Assembly: GCA_963747235.1 (NCBI GenBank)
Contig: CAVVEU010000033.1
Coordinates: 32,001 to 96,000, forward strand
Length of the DNA: 64,000 nt
From: an uncultured Candidatus Rokubacteria bacterium
GTDB taxonomy: Bacteria > Methylomirabilota > Methylomirabilia > Rokubacteriales > CSP1-6
Direction: 5' to 3'
Both the position numbers and the translations under genes were made by a program. Each line of letters opens with the position of its first letter. The stretch's first letter is position 1. Positions 53,056 to 64,000 of the stretch are shown piece by piece. The notes beneath the pieces are model-generated. The model ran no database searches and was not told the origin of the DNA. It worked only from the letters and a program-made list of their open reading frames with translations.

Positions 53056-55138
53056 GAGGCGAGCTCCAGGTCCAGGATGAGATGGCCGCGCGCGTCGGCG
53101 GCGGCGCGCTGGCCGGGGTAGACGATGATCGTGGACCACTCGTCCTCGATCACCGCGGGGCCCGCGACGACGGCGCCGGGGGCGAGCGCGGCGCGATCGT
53201 GGCGCGGCATCGTGATCTCGCCGGTCTCGGGGAAGTAGGCGCGCTGCGAGCCGACGCGCGAGTCCCCCTCACCTCCCGCCCCCTCACCCTGCCCTCTCCC
53301 CCCTTGGGGGAGAGGGTTCGCCGTCTCCCTCTCCCCTCTGGGGAGAGGGCCGGGGTGAGGGGCGGCCGGCTCGGCGCCGAGCCGCGCGACCACGCGCAGG
53401 TTCACGCACTCGACACCCTCACCGGTGGCGTAGCCGTAGAGCCGGCGGTGCCGCGCCTCGAAGGCGGGCCGCAGCCCGGCCGGATCGCCGCTCCCACGGC
53501 AGCTCGATCTCGTAGTTCTGCCCGACGTAACGCAGGTCCACGCTCCGGGCGACCGTCACCGCGGAGGCGGCGTGACCTTCCTCGAGGATCGGCCGCAGGC
53601 ACTGCTCCTCGAGGGCCCGGAAGCGGTCCTCGATCAGCTTGCCGTCCCAGGTATCGAGCCGCGCGCGATGCGTCTGCACCGCGTCGTAGCGCAGCGGCGA
53701 GACCAGGCAGCCGAGCGCGGAGAAGGCGCCCGAGTGCGCGGGCACGATGACCCGCCCGATGCCGCAGGCTCGCGCGAGCGCGCCCGCGTGCACCGGGCCC
53801 GCGCCGCCGTAGGCGATGAGCGCGAAGCGGCGCAGGTCGTGGCCGCGCTGCACCGAGACCAGGCGCAGCGCGCGCAGCATGCTCGCGTTCGCGACCTCCA
53901 CGATGCCGTGGGCGGCCTCGAGCGTGGACAGGCCGAGCCGCCGGCCGACGGTCTCCACCGCGCTCCGGGCACGGTCGGGGTGGATACGAATGGTCCCGCC
54001 GTAGAGCCGCGCCGGGTTCAGGTAGCCCAGCACGAGGTTGGCGTCGGTCACGGTGGCGAGCGTGCCGCCCTGGCCGTAGCACGCCGGGCCGGGCTGAGCG
54101 CCCGCGCTCTGCGGCCCAACTTTCAAGGCCCCGACCTCGTCGACCCGCGCGAGGGAGCCGCCACCCGCGCCGATGGATTCCACCGCCACCATGGGCAGCC
54201 GCACCGGGTAGTCGGCCAGCTTCCGCTGCGAGGTGGTCTCGGCCGCGCCGTCGCTGATCAGGCACACGTCGGTGGTGGTGCCGCCCATGTCGAAGGCGAG
54301 CGCGCGATCGACGCCGAGGGCGCGCGCCACGTGCGCGGCCGCCGCCACGCCCGCGGCGGGCCCCGAGAGCGCCATCGCGAGCGGGCGCGCCTTCGCGGCG
54401 GCCACCGACATCATGCCGCCCGCCGAGTGCAGCAGGCGCAGCGCGGGGCCGCCCGCGGCGTCGCCCGAGCGCGGCGGTGAGCCCGCCCAGGTAGCGGTCG
54501 GCCAGCGGCATCACGCTGGCGTTCAGCACGGTGGTGCAGGTGCGCTCGTACTCGCGGAACTCCGCGTTGATCTCGCTCGAGACCGAGACGTGGCGGAAGT
54601 GCGGCTCGAGCGCCTGCCTCAGCGCCTGCTCGTGCGCCGGGTTGGCGTAGGCGTGGAGCAGGCACACCGCCACCGCCTCCACGCCCTCGGCCCGGAGGGC
54701 CGCGACGATGCCCTCGAGCTCGCCGGGCGCCAGCGGAGTCTGCACGGTGCCGTCCGGCCCCACCCGCTCGGTGATCTCGAGGCGCCGGCGGCGCGGCACC
54801 AGCGGCGCCGCCCGCGCGGGCAGCTCGAGGCGATAGAGATGCGCGCGATTCATCCGCGCGATCTCGAGCACGTCGCGGAAGCCGCGCGTGGTGACGAGGC
54901 CCACCGGGGCGACGCGCCCCTCCACGATGGCGTTGGTCACGGTGGTGGTGCCGTGGGCGAGCGAGGCGCAGGCCTCGCCCGCCCGCAGCAGCGCGCGCAG
55001 GCCGTCGAGCACGCCCTGCGCGCGATTGTCGGGCACCGTGGGCACCTTGCACGAGCGCACCTCCCCGGTGACGTCGTCCACCGAGACGACGTCGGTGAAG
55101 GTGCCCCCCACGTCCACGCCGACGCGGAGGCGGCTCAC
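53052..55138 (-). CDS. Hydantoinase A/oxoprolinase subunit (frameshifts ~54460 and ~53490; in-frame repeat insertion near the C-terminus)
   Basis: [51 protein letters not shown]. Confidence 0.88.
53279..53362. repeat. Inverted dimer of the CCCTCTCCCC/GGGGAGAGGG repeat inside a CDS
   Basis: Units 53279-53316 and 53327-53362; same architecture as the intergenic copy at 12178-12262. Confidence 0.85.
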
Positions 55139-55329
55139 GCCCGGATCGAGTCCGTCACTTGCCGGTGAAGGCGCGCGATTGTTCGGGCGGCAGCGGAGGA
55201 TACCGGACGCATCGACGCGCCCAAGAATGGCGGAGCCACCGCGCCACGTCAAGGCCCCGCCGGCGGGTTGCGGGGCCGCGGGCGCCTGGACTATCCTCGG
55301 GCCTCACGCCTCACCAACCGGAGGACGCG

Positions 55330-56173
55330 ATGGCGGAGACGGTGACCTGGCCCGACGGCGCGCGCTGCGCCGTCATGATGACGTTCGACCTCGACGGCGA
55401 GAGCCCGTGGATCCACCGCGACCCCGCGCTGGCCGAGCGGGCGCTCCACATGTGGATGGGCGCCTACGGGCCCAAGACGGGCATGCCGCGCATCCTCGAG
55501 CTGCTCGACCGGTACGGGATCAAGACCTGCATCTTCATCCCCGGCTGGATCGTGGAGCGCTATCCCGCGCTCTGCGAGGAGATCCTGAAGCGCGGCCACG
55601 AGGTGGGGCATCACGGCTATCTGCACGAGAAGCCCTTCTTCATGAAGAGCCGCGAGGAAGAGGAGGCGCTGCTCGTCAAGAGCCTCGGCGATCTTCAAGA
55701 AGGTGCTGGGCGTCGTCCCGCTCGGCTCGCGCACGCCCTCCGCCGACCCGAGCCGCCACACCATGGAGCTGCTCGCCCGGCACGGCTTCCTCTATCACAG
55801 CAATGCGCTCGACACCGACCTGCCCTACTGCCACGAGACCGCGCACGGCCCCCTGGTCGAGTTCCCCACCGCGTGGTGCAACAACGACGCGCCGTTCTTC
55901 CTGTGGAGCGCGGTGCCTCCGGTGGGCAACGGCATCTGGAGCCAGCAGGACGTGTGGGAGATCTGGTCCGAGGAGTTCGAGGGCCTCTACGCGGAGGGCG
56001 GCTTCTTCAACTGGCTCGGCCATCCCCAGATCATCGGCCGGCCCTCACGCCTCCGGATGGTCGAGCGGCTCATCCAGCTCATCCTGGGCAAGGGCCGCGT
56101 GTGGTGGCCGCGGCCGGATGACCTGGCCCGCTTCTGGCTCGAGCGCAGCAAGCAGCCGGTGGCCTCCGCCTGA
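55330..56173 (+). CDS. Polysaccharide deacetylase family (CE4; PuuE/HP0310-like) (frameshift ~55690)
   Basis: TFDLD, GHHGYLH, RTPS, LGHPQIIGRP. Confidence 0.85.
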
Positions 56174-56301
56174 TGGCGGGCGGGCGACTCGCCGGCAAGG
56201 TGGACGACGTGGCCTACTGCGCGATCGTCCTGGCCTCCGACGAGGCCGGCTATCTCACCGGCCAGATCCTCCACCCGAGCGGCGGCTGGGTGTCGGGATG
56301 A
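56173..56301 (+). pseudogene. Internally deleted SDR remnant (42 aa)
   Basis: MAGGRLAGKV joined in frame to DDVAYCAIVLASDEAGYLTGQILHPSGGWVSG; overlaps both neighbours' stop/start codons. Confidence 0.75.
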
Positions 56302-57200
56302 GCCCGATGCGCTATCCGTGGCCTTCGGGCAAGACGTCCGCCGCGGTCCTCTCGTTCGACTTCGACGCGGAGTCCGGCTTCCTCTTCCGCGAGCCCGAGA
56401 AGGCCCGGCGCAGCCTCGGCGACCTGGAAGAGCGCCGCTTCGGGCCCCGGGTGGGCGTGGACCGGATCCTGCGCCTGCTGGATCGCCTCAAGCTCCGGGC
56501 CACCTTCTTCATCCCGGGCTGGACGGTCGAGCACCACTTCGAGCCGTGCCGGCGGATCCGCGACGCGGGCCACGAGATCGGGGCCCACGGCAACATGCAC
56601 GAGGCGCTCGGCTTCCTCGACGAGGAGCAGGAGGACCGCGTGATGCGCGAGCAGCTCGAGATCCTGGCCTCGCGTCTGGGCGTGCGGCCGGCCGGCTACC
56701 GCTCGCCCTCCTGGGACGTGAACGTCTGGACGCCCGACCTGCTCAAGCGCCACGGCTTCCTCTACGACAGCTCGCTGATGGGCAACGACGTCCCGTACGA
56801 CGTGCCGACCTCCCAGGGGCCGCTCACCGAGGTGCCGGTGCAGTGGCTGCTCGACGACGCGCCGCTCTTCCGCCACGTCTACGGCGCCAGCAACGCGATC
56901 GCCGATCCGGGCCGCGTGCTCCAGATGTGGAGCAAGGAGTTCGCGGCGATGCACCCGGAGAACGGCTGCTTCGTGCTGACCTGCCACCCCTTCGTGAGCG
57001 GGCGCGCCTCCCGCATCGCGCTGCTGGAGGACCTGGTGACGTTCATGCGCCGCGCCCGTGGGGTGTGGTTCACGACCTGCGAGGAGGTCGCCCGCTGGCA
57101 CGCGAGCGGGCCGGCCCCGGCGACGGAGCGGCCGCGCGTTACCCGCCGGGCTTCGGCTTCGGGGGCTCGCTCGGCCGCACGCGGACGGCGGTCCCGCTGA
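56298..57200 (+). CDS. Polysaccharide deacetylase family (CE4; PuuE/HP0310-like)
   Basis: SFDFD, GAHGNMH, GYRSPSW, YDSSLMG, TCHPFVSGR. Confidence 0.88.
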   Translation: MSPMRYPWPSGKTSAAVLSFDFDAESGFLFREPEKARRSLGDLEERRFGPRVGVDRILRLLDRLKLRATFFIPGWTVEHHFEPCRRIRDAGHEIGAHGNMHEALGFLDEEQEDRVMREQLEILASRLGVRPAGYRSPSWDVNVWTPDLLKRHGFLYDSSLMGNDVPYDVPTSQGPLTEVPVQWLLDDAPLFRHVYGASNAIADPGRVLQMWSKEFAAMHPENGCFVLTCHPFVSGRASRIALLEDLVTFMRRARGVWFTTCEEVARWHASGPAPATERPRVTRRASASGARSAARGRRSR

Positions 57201-58290
57201 CCAGCGAGTCGGCGGGGTCGAGGATGACCGCGTCGCTGGGCTGCAGGCCCTCCACGACCTCGACGCTCTTGCCGTAGTCGCGGCCGATCTTCACCGGGAC
57301 CAGCTCGGCGCGGCCGTCACGCACCACCGCGACGCTGAGGCCCTCGGCGCGGAAGAGCAGCGTGTTGGCCGGGATGGTCAGGCCGCGCGTCTCGCGGCCC
57401 ACGCGCAGGCGCACCACCACGTAGGCGCCGGGCAGCACCTCGCCGGTGGGGTTGTCCATCTCCACCTCGCTCAGCATGGTGCGGGCGGAGGGGTCGAGCG
57501 CGCTGGACGTCCGCGCCAGCGTGCCCCGGTAGACCCGGCCCGGCGTCTCCTCGAGCGTGATCGCGGTCGGGGTGCCCGGACGCGCGGCCTGCGCGTAGGT
57601 CTGGGGCACCGAGATGAAGACGCGCAGCTTGTTGATCGCGGCCAGCCGGAACAGCTCGCGCGCCTGGCCACCCGTGCCCGCGTCGATCAGCGCGCCGATG
57701 TCGGTGTTGCGGGCGGTGATGACGCCGTCGAAGGGGGCGGTGATCTTCTGGAAGCCCTGGAGGTCCTCCAGCCGCCTCACGTTGGCCGCGCTCGCGTCGA
57801 CCATCGCCCGGCGCGCGCGGTAGTCGCTGACCTTCTCGTCGGTCTCCTGGCGGGACACCGCGTCGCGCTTGAGCAGGGACTCCCAGCGATCCGCGGTGGT
57901 CTTCGACATGTCCATGGTGGCCCGCGACGTCTCGAGGTCGGCCCGGGCCTGGCGGAGCTGCTGGTCCAGCTCGGGAGTCTCGATCTCGGCGAGGACCTGG
58001 CCGGCCGTCACGCGCGAGCCGATGTCGACGTGCCACTTCTTGAGGTAGCCGCTGGCCCGCGCGTAGATCGGCGCGTCGGTGAACGCGCGCACGGTGCCGG
58101 GGAGCACCAGCTCGTCGGTCGGCGACGAGGCCGAGGGGTTGACGACCGCGACGGTGGGCGTGGCCGCGGCCTCGGTCGCCCGCTTGAGCGCGGCGTCGGC
58201 CCCGTGGCGGCCGTGGAGTCCGGCGTAGATCGCGAGGCCCAGCGCGAGGGCCGCCACCACCAGCACCCACATCCCACGCGCGCCCCTCAT
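57139..58290 (-). CDS. RND efflux periplasmic adaptor (MFP); in frame with the upstream permease
   Basis: IYARASGYL, DIGSRV, ITAPFDGVIT, LLFRAEG; own ATG at 58290. Confidence 0.85.
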   Translation of the reverse strand: MRGARGMWVLVVAALALGLAIYAGLHGRHGADAALKRATEAAATPTVAVVNPSASSPTDELVLPGTVRAFTDAPIYARASGYLKKWHVDIGSRVTAGQVLAEIETPELDQQLRQARADLETSRATMDMSKTTADRWESLLKRDAVSRQETDEKVSDYRARRAMVDASAANVRRLEDLQGFQKITAPFDGVITARNTDIGALIDAGTGGQARELFRLAAINKLRVFISVPQTYAQAARPGTPTAITLEETPGRVYRGTLARTSSALDPSARTMLSEVEMDNPTGEVLPGAYVVVRLRVGRETRGLTIPANTLLFRAEGLSVAVVRDGRAELVPVKIGRDYGKSVEVVEGLQPSDAVILDPADSLVSGTAVRVRPSEPPKPKPGG

Positions 58291-61200
58291 GCCGGCGCGC
58301 ACCGCCTCCGAGGGACGGCGCCGCCCGTGGAGGAGGCTGAAGACCGCCGGGACGAGGACGAGGGTGGCGATGGTCGCGCAGATGAGGCCGCCGATGACCG
58401 CGCGGCCGAGGGGCGCGTTCTGCTCGCCGCCCTCGCCGAGGCCCAGGGCCATCGGGATCATGCCGATGATCATGGCGAGCGCGGTCATGAGCACCGGCCG
58501 GAACCGCGTGACGCCCGCCTCGATGGCGGCCTCCCGCGCGTCGCCGTGCTCGCCCAGGCGCTCCTTGGCGAAGGACACCACCAGGATGCTGTTGGCGGTC
58601 CCCACCCCCATGCACATGATGGCGCCCATCAGGGCCGGCACGCTGAGCGTGGTGTTGGTGAGGAAGAGGAACACGATGATGCCGGCGAGGGCGGCGGGCA
58701 GCGCGGTGATGATGATGAAGGGATCGAGCCAGGACTGGAAGTTCACGACGATCAGAAGATAGACGAGGATGATCGCGAAGGCGAGCCCGCCCAGGAGGCC
58801 CACGTAGGCGGTGCGCATGGTCTCGACCTGCCCGCGCAGGGTCACGAAGCTGCCCCGCGGCAGGTGGGGGCGATTGGCGTCGACGATCCGCTCGATGTCG
58901 CGGCCGACCGCGCCGAGGTCCCGGTCCTGCACCGAGCCGTAGATGTCCACCACGCGGCGGGTGTTGTAGTGGGAGATCACCGCCATGCCGGTGGTCCGCG
59001 AGATCGTCGCCACGTCGCCCAGGATCTGCGGCCGGCTCGTGGTCGACCCGCTGATCGGGACGTTCTGGAGATCCTGGAGCGATTGAACCGAGTACTGCGG
59101 CGCCTGGGTGACCAGGTTGTAGGTCACCCCGTTCTGCCAGTTGAGGAACTGGACCGGATTGGTCTGCCCGCTCCCGCTGAGGGTCAGCAGCATGCTGTTG
59201 GCCACGTCGCGCGGCGTGAAGCCGGCCCCCGCCGCCTTGGTGCGATCCACGCTCACCTGGAAGTTCGGGTAGTCGAAGTTCTGCTGGATGCGCAGGTCGG
59301 TGAGCCCGGGCACGCGCCGCAGCTCGGCCAGGATCCGGTTCGCCACCTGCCGGTTGCCCTCGATGTCGTTGCCCTCGATCTGCACGTCGATCGGGGCGGG
59401 CAGACCGAAGTTCAGGATCTGGGTCACGATGTCGGCGGGCACGAAGTAGAAGGCGACGCCGGGGAACTCCTGGGGCAGCCGGGCCCGCAGGCTGCGGACG
59501 TGATCCGCGGTCGGCCGATGCCCTCGGTTGAGGGTGACCAGGATGTCCGCGTCGGCGGTGCCGATGAAGCCGGAGCGGCTGTACATGTAGTTGATGGTCG
59601 AGTAGGGCAGCCCGATGTTGTCGATCACGTTGTCGAGCTCGCCCGCCGGGATCTCGCGACGGATCGACGCTTCCACCAGGTCGGCGAGCCGGGCCGTCTC
59701 CTCGATGCGGGTCCCGGTCTTGGCCCGCAGGTGCAGGATGAACTGGCCGTTGTCGGTGGCCGGGAAGAAGTTCTCGCCGAGCCAGGGCAGCAGCAGCCAC
59801 GCGCACAGGCAGGCCGCGAGGAAGGCGGCGACGAAGCTCCCCTGTCGCGAGATGAGCCGGGTGAGCAGGACCCGGTAGGCCGCGCGCGCCCGCTCGAAGC
59901 CGCGCTCGAACCCGCGTTGCAGCAGCGCAAAGGGGTTCCGGGTGGGGGCCGGGTGGTGGGCCCGCGGCCGCAGCAGGTACATGGCGAGGGTGGGGACGAG
60001 CGTGCGCGAGAGCACGTAGGAGGCGAGCATCGCGAAGACCACCGCCTTGGCCAGCGGGACGAACAGATAGCGGGCCACCCCGCCGAGGAAGAACATGGGC
60101 AGGAAGACGATGCAGATGCAGAGCGTCGAGACGAGCGCGGGCACCGCGATCTGGGCCGCCCCGTCGAAGATGGCGTCGCGCAGCTCCCGGCCCTCCTCGA
60201 GGTAGCGCTCGATGTTCTCGATGGTCACGGTGGCGTCGTCCACCAGGATGCCCACCGCCAGGGCGAGGCCGCCCAGGGTCATGATGTTGATGGTCTCGCC
60301 CAGGAAGCTCAGCGTGATGACCGAGGTCAGGATCGACAGCGGGATCGAGACCGCGATGATCAGGGTGCTGCGCCAGCTCCCCAGGAAGAGCAGGATCATC
60401 GCGGCGGTGAGGCACGCCGCGATGATGGCCTCGTGGATGACCCCGGAGATCGCCCCCCGCACGAAGATCGACTGGTCCGCGATCAGATCGACCTTGAGCT
60501 CGGGGGGCAGGGTGGTGGCCACCCGCGGCAGCGCGGCCCGGATATTGTCGACCACCTCGAGGGTGGAGGCGTCCCCGGCCTTGAGCACGGTGAGGAGGGT
60601 GCCGCGCCGGCCGTCGCGCCGCACGATGTTGGTCTGCACGCTGAAGCCGTCGCGCACGTTGGCCACATCTCGAAGATAGATCGTCGCGTTGTTCACCACC
60701 TTGATCGGCAGGTCGGCCAGCTCCGGCACCGTGCGGGGCGCCGCGTTCATGTTCACGTAGTACTCGAACTGGCCGATCTTGGCGGTGCCGGAGGGCAGGA
60801 TCAGGTTCTGCAGGTTGATCGTGCTCACCACGTCGGCGGGGGCCAGCCCCTTGGCCTGCAGCATGCGGGTGTTGAGGTCCACCATGACCTGGCGCTGCTT
60901 GCCGCCGAACGGCCACGGGATCGCCACCCCGCGGATCGTCACGAGCTGCGGCCGCAGGAAGTTGACGCCCAGGTCGAAGAGCTGCTGCTCGGCGAGTCCT
61001 TCCCCCGACAGGGCGAGCTGGAGGATCGGCACGCTCGAGGCGCTGAAGTTGATGATCAACGGCGGCCCGATGCCGGGTGGGTACTGACGGAGCACGGTCT
61101 GGGAGATCGCGGCGATCTGGGCGTTGGCGGTGTCGAGGCTCGCGCCGGGCTGCAGGTAGACCTTGATGATCGCCTGCCCGTTGATGGTGGTGGACTCGAT

Positions 61201-61440
61201 GCGCTGGATATTGTCCACCGTGGTCGTGAGCACGCGCTCGTAGGAGGTGGTGATCCGGCCCTCCAGCTCCTCGGTGTTCAGACCGCTGTACTGCCAGGCC
61301 ACCGCGATGACCGGGATGTTGATCGCGGGGAAGATGTCGGTGGGCGTGCGGGCGATCATCACCGGGCTCACGATCAGGATCAGGAGCGCGAGGACGATGA
61401 AGGTGTAGGGCCGGTCGAGCGCGATCCGGACGATCCACAT
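58287..61440 (-). CDS. RND efflux permease (AcrB/CzcA superfamily); no stop codon before the MFP as sequenced
   Basis: DIFPAINIP, GGLALAVGILVDDA, RFRPVLMT, PLGRAVIGG. Confidence 0.9.
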
Positions 61441-61452
61441 GAGCGGCCGCCC

Positions 61453-62701
61453 CTACCCGGTGACCGCGCGCCGCCCGGTCTCGCGCACGAGACGGCGGTC
61501 CGCCTCCGGCGTCGCGGCGGGCGGGATCTCTAGCACCAGATCCTGGGTGTGGGTGGGGATCACCTTCCCCTCCGGCCAGTGCGTGCCCCAGGGATCCTGG
61601 CCCGCCGCCACCGCGCGGATGCCGTCGCGCACGATGCGGCGGAGCATGATCACGCCGCGGTCCGTCGAGGCGAGATGCTCGACCGCGTGTACCGCGATCG
61701 GGCGCTGGCTCGATTGCGCATCGTAGTCGGCGGGGAAGCGCTGGCGCGCGTCGTAGGGCCGGTCCTCGGATTGCCCGAAGCCGGGCCGCGCGACCTGCTC
61801 GGGCGTGAGGCCCCACGCGGGATCCACCTGGGCCAGCTCGAAGTTCGTGGTGTGCGTGTCGTCGTTGGGCACCGCCCAGCGAATGATCACCGGCCGGCTC
61901 ACCGCCTTGGGCGCGGCGGCCTCCTCGATCTCGCGCGTGAACTGGTGCACGTTCGGCGGCATGAAGTCACAGACGCGCACCCAGATCAGATCATGCACGC
62001 GCCGGGTCGCGATGTAGACCATGCCCGCGTCGGTGGTCACCCAGTCGAGCTCGGGCACCACGCCGAAGGCTTCGGTGAACTGATAGCCGCTCGAGAGCGC
62101 GTGCAGGAACGCGGTGTGCACCGGGTCCATGCTGTTGTCCTTCACCTGGAGCCAGTTGCACGGCAGCGTGAACTCGGCCGCGGGCATGAGCGTGTGGCCC
62201 AGCACATCGAACGAGTCGTAGTGCGGGAAACGCGGGCACCCGGTCGGGCGGCCCCAGATACGCGAAGACGAGCCCGCAGAGCTCGCGCGTGGGATACGCG
62301 CCCTGCCACACGCGCTCGCACAGGCGGCTGCCCGCGGGCTCGCCCGGCGTCTCGAGGCAGCGCCCGTCCACGTCGTACACCCAGCCGTGGTAGCAGCAGC
62401 GCAGGCCGCGCTCGAGCGGAATGGCGAACTCGAGCGACGTGCCGCGATGCGCGCAGTGCAGGTGGAGCACGCCGAGGCGCCCGCCGCGATCGCGGAAGAC
62501 CACGAGATCCTCGCCCAGGATGCGCACGCGGCGCGGCGGGCCGTCCAGATCGCGCGTGAAGGCCACCGGCTGCCAGAAGCGCCGCAGGTATTCGCCGCCG
62601 GGCGTGCCGGGACCGACCTGGGTGAGCTCCGGATCCGGGACCGGCGTCGCCCGGCGCGCGTATCCGTCGAACGGGCTGCCGGGCGCGGGCTCCGAGGCCA
62701 T
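61453..62701 (-). CDS. Rieske oxygenase, phthalate 4,5-dioxygenase/LigXa-like alpha3 type (frameshift ~62230)
   Basis: GPGTPGGEYLRRFWQP, CAHRG...CCYHGW, CNWLQ...DPVHTAFLH, EHLASTDRGV. Confidence 0.87.
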
Positions 62702-62861
62702 GAGTGCCGCCCAGCATGGGGCCGGTCGGGCGGCGCGTCAAGGGTCCGCAGCAATCTCCGGGCCATGCAACTTCTTCGCGGTGTGCAAATCTCCCATGGT
62801 GGGTGGGGAGGTACTCAGAGAGGGGTTTTGGAACCCCATGTCACCCTGAAAACACAATACA

Positions 62862-62894
62862 TATCAAATAGTTATTATTGGAATGGGGCTTGCT
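62862..62894 (+). promoter_or_regulatory. IHF site and sigma54 (-24/-12) promoter candidate
   Basis: TATCAAATAGTTA (62862-62874) matches WATCAANNNNTTR; TGGAATGGGGCTTGCT (62879-62894) has GG-N10-GC spacing. Confidence 0.6.
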
Positions 62895-62907
62895 GTTCTA
62901 GCCCGCC

Positions 62908-64000
62908 ATGGCTAGAACAACGTGGACCTTCGTGACCGGCAGCGCCCTTCTCCTGGCCGGCTGTCTGGCCCTCGCCGGACCGGCCCGAGCCGAGATCGCC
63001 CCCCCCACCTCGATGGCCGTGGATCCGACCCCGATGGAGCCCGTCGGGTTGATCCAGGTGGCCTGGCCCGTGTCCCAGGAAGCCCTGGCCGACACCTTCG
63101 GCCAGCCCATCCAAGCCCGCGAGATCCAGGTGACTCCGGTCGTCGTGAACCTGGCCTTGGTGACCGAGCCGACCCCGGCACTCGCCCGCCCGGCCCCGGC
63201 TCCCGCGTACCGGGTCCAGGTCAACGAGCAGGTCCGATTCTTCCTCGACAAGTTCCAGACCGGGTACCGCCGGGCGATCACCGAGGGCCGCCTGGCGCGA
63301 TCCGGCCGCTATCTGCCCATGATCCTGGACATCTTCAAGGAGAAGGGCCTGCCGGAAGAGCTGGTCTTCACCGCGATGATCGAGAGCGGCTTCAACCCGG
63401 TGGCCGTCTCCCGCGCCGGCGCCAAGGGTCTCTGGCAGTTCATGGCCCCGACCGCCCGCCTGTACGGCCTGCGCGTGGACCGCTGGACGGATGAGCGCCT
63501 CGACCCGGAGAAGTCCACGGTCGCGGCGGCCAACTATCTGCGGGACCTCTATACCGTCTTCGGCTCGTGGGACCTGGCCCAGGCGGCCTACAATGCCGGC
63601 GAGGTCCGGGTCCAGCGGGCGATCCAGGGCTCGGGCTCACGCGACTTCTGGGTGCTCCACCGTCGCAGCCCGCATCTGCTGCCGGAGACGAAGAACTTCG
63701 TGCCCGCGATCCACGCGGCGACCCTGATCGGCCGCCAGCCCGAGCAGTACGGCTTCACGGTGGTGCCGGAGGAGCCGGTGCGCTATGACGTCGTGACCGT
63801 GCCCAAGGGCAGCCGGCTCATGCGGCTGGCCGGGCTCTCGGGCGTCGCCCTCGCGGACCTCGAGCAGCTCAATCCGGAGCTCTGGCAGAAGCAGACCCCG
63901 CCCGATGCCCCCTACGAGCTCAAGATCCCGCTCGGCACCGCGACCGCGATGCAGGCCGCGGTCGAGCTGGAGACGGCGCCGCGGCGGGTGGCCCCCGGGA
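62908..64000 (+). CDS. Lytic murein transglycosylase (MltD-like SLT domain), 3' end runs off the window
   Basis: Manual translation: signal peptide, AMIESGFNP, SRAGAKGLWQFM, DERLDP, AAYNAG, ETKNFVP, LNPEL. Confidence 0.9.
   Translation, partial: MARTTWTFVTGSALLLAGCLALAGPARAEIAPPTSMAVDPTPMEPVGLIQVAWPVSQEALADTFGQPIQAREIQVTPVVVNLALVTEPTPALARPAPAPAYRVQVNEQVRFFLDKFQTGYRRAITEGRLARSGRYLPMILDIFKEKGLPEELVFTAMIESGFNPVAVSRAGAKGLWQFMAPTARLYGLRVDRWTDERLDPEKSTVAAANYLRDLYTVFGSWDLAQAAYNAGEVRVQRAIQGSGSRDFWVLHRRSPHLLPETKNFVPAIHAATLIGRQPEQYGFTVVPEEPVRYDVVTVPKGSRLMRLAGLSGVALADLEQLNPELWQKQTPPDAPYELKIPLGTATAMQAAVELETAPRRVAPG

Noticed and set aside
57058-61816. Very long alternative ORFs (1491 aa on +, 1499 aa on -) overlapping the RND gene, and many similar shadow ORFs across the window
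   Set aside because: Antisense or shifted-frame ORFs are expected at this GC content; they are Arg/Gly/Pro/Ala-rich with no recognisable motifs.

Overview
Very GC-rich bacterial chromosomal window. The gene content (CoA-transferase, Rieske oxygenases, LLM monooxygenases, SDRs, amidohydrolases, family-5 SBP) resembles Candidatus Rokubacteria/Methylomirabilota; this taxonomy is inference only. It holds about 50 mostly catabolic genes plus leuA, glgC, a DEAD-box helicase, an RRM protein, an egtB/egtD locus, an RND efflux system and a partial lytic transglycosylase. About 20 otherwise intact genes carry apparent small frameshifts, most likely long-read indel errors. The best novelty candidate is a MerB (organomercurial lyase)-like gene split by an in-frame UGA at the position of the second catalytic Cys and followed by a SECIS-like hairpin. 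This predicts a selenoprotein in an operon with no mer genes. Other signals: a palindromic repeat family with one dimer in-frame inside a hydantoinase gene; an IHF site plus five DnaA-box-like 9-mers with no dnaA in the window; a fungal-type EgtB with EgtD, a PRTase-like gene and a betaine-type ABC importer; a Leu leader-peptide attenuator; an internally deleted SDR remnant; and an RND permease-adaptor fusion of uncertain reality. I saw no rRNA, tRNA, CRISPR array or transposase.
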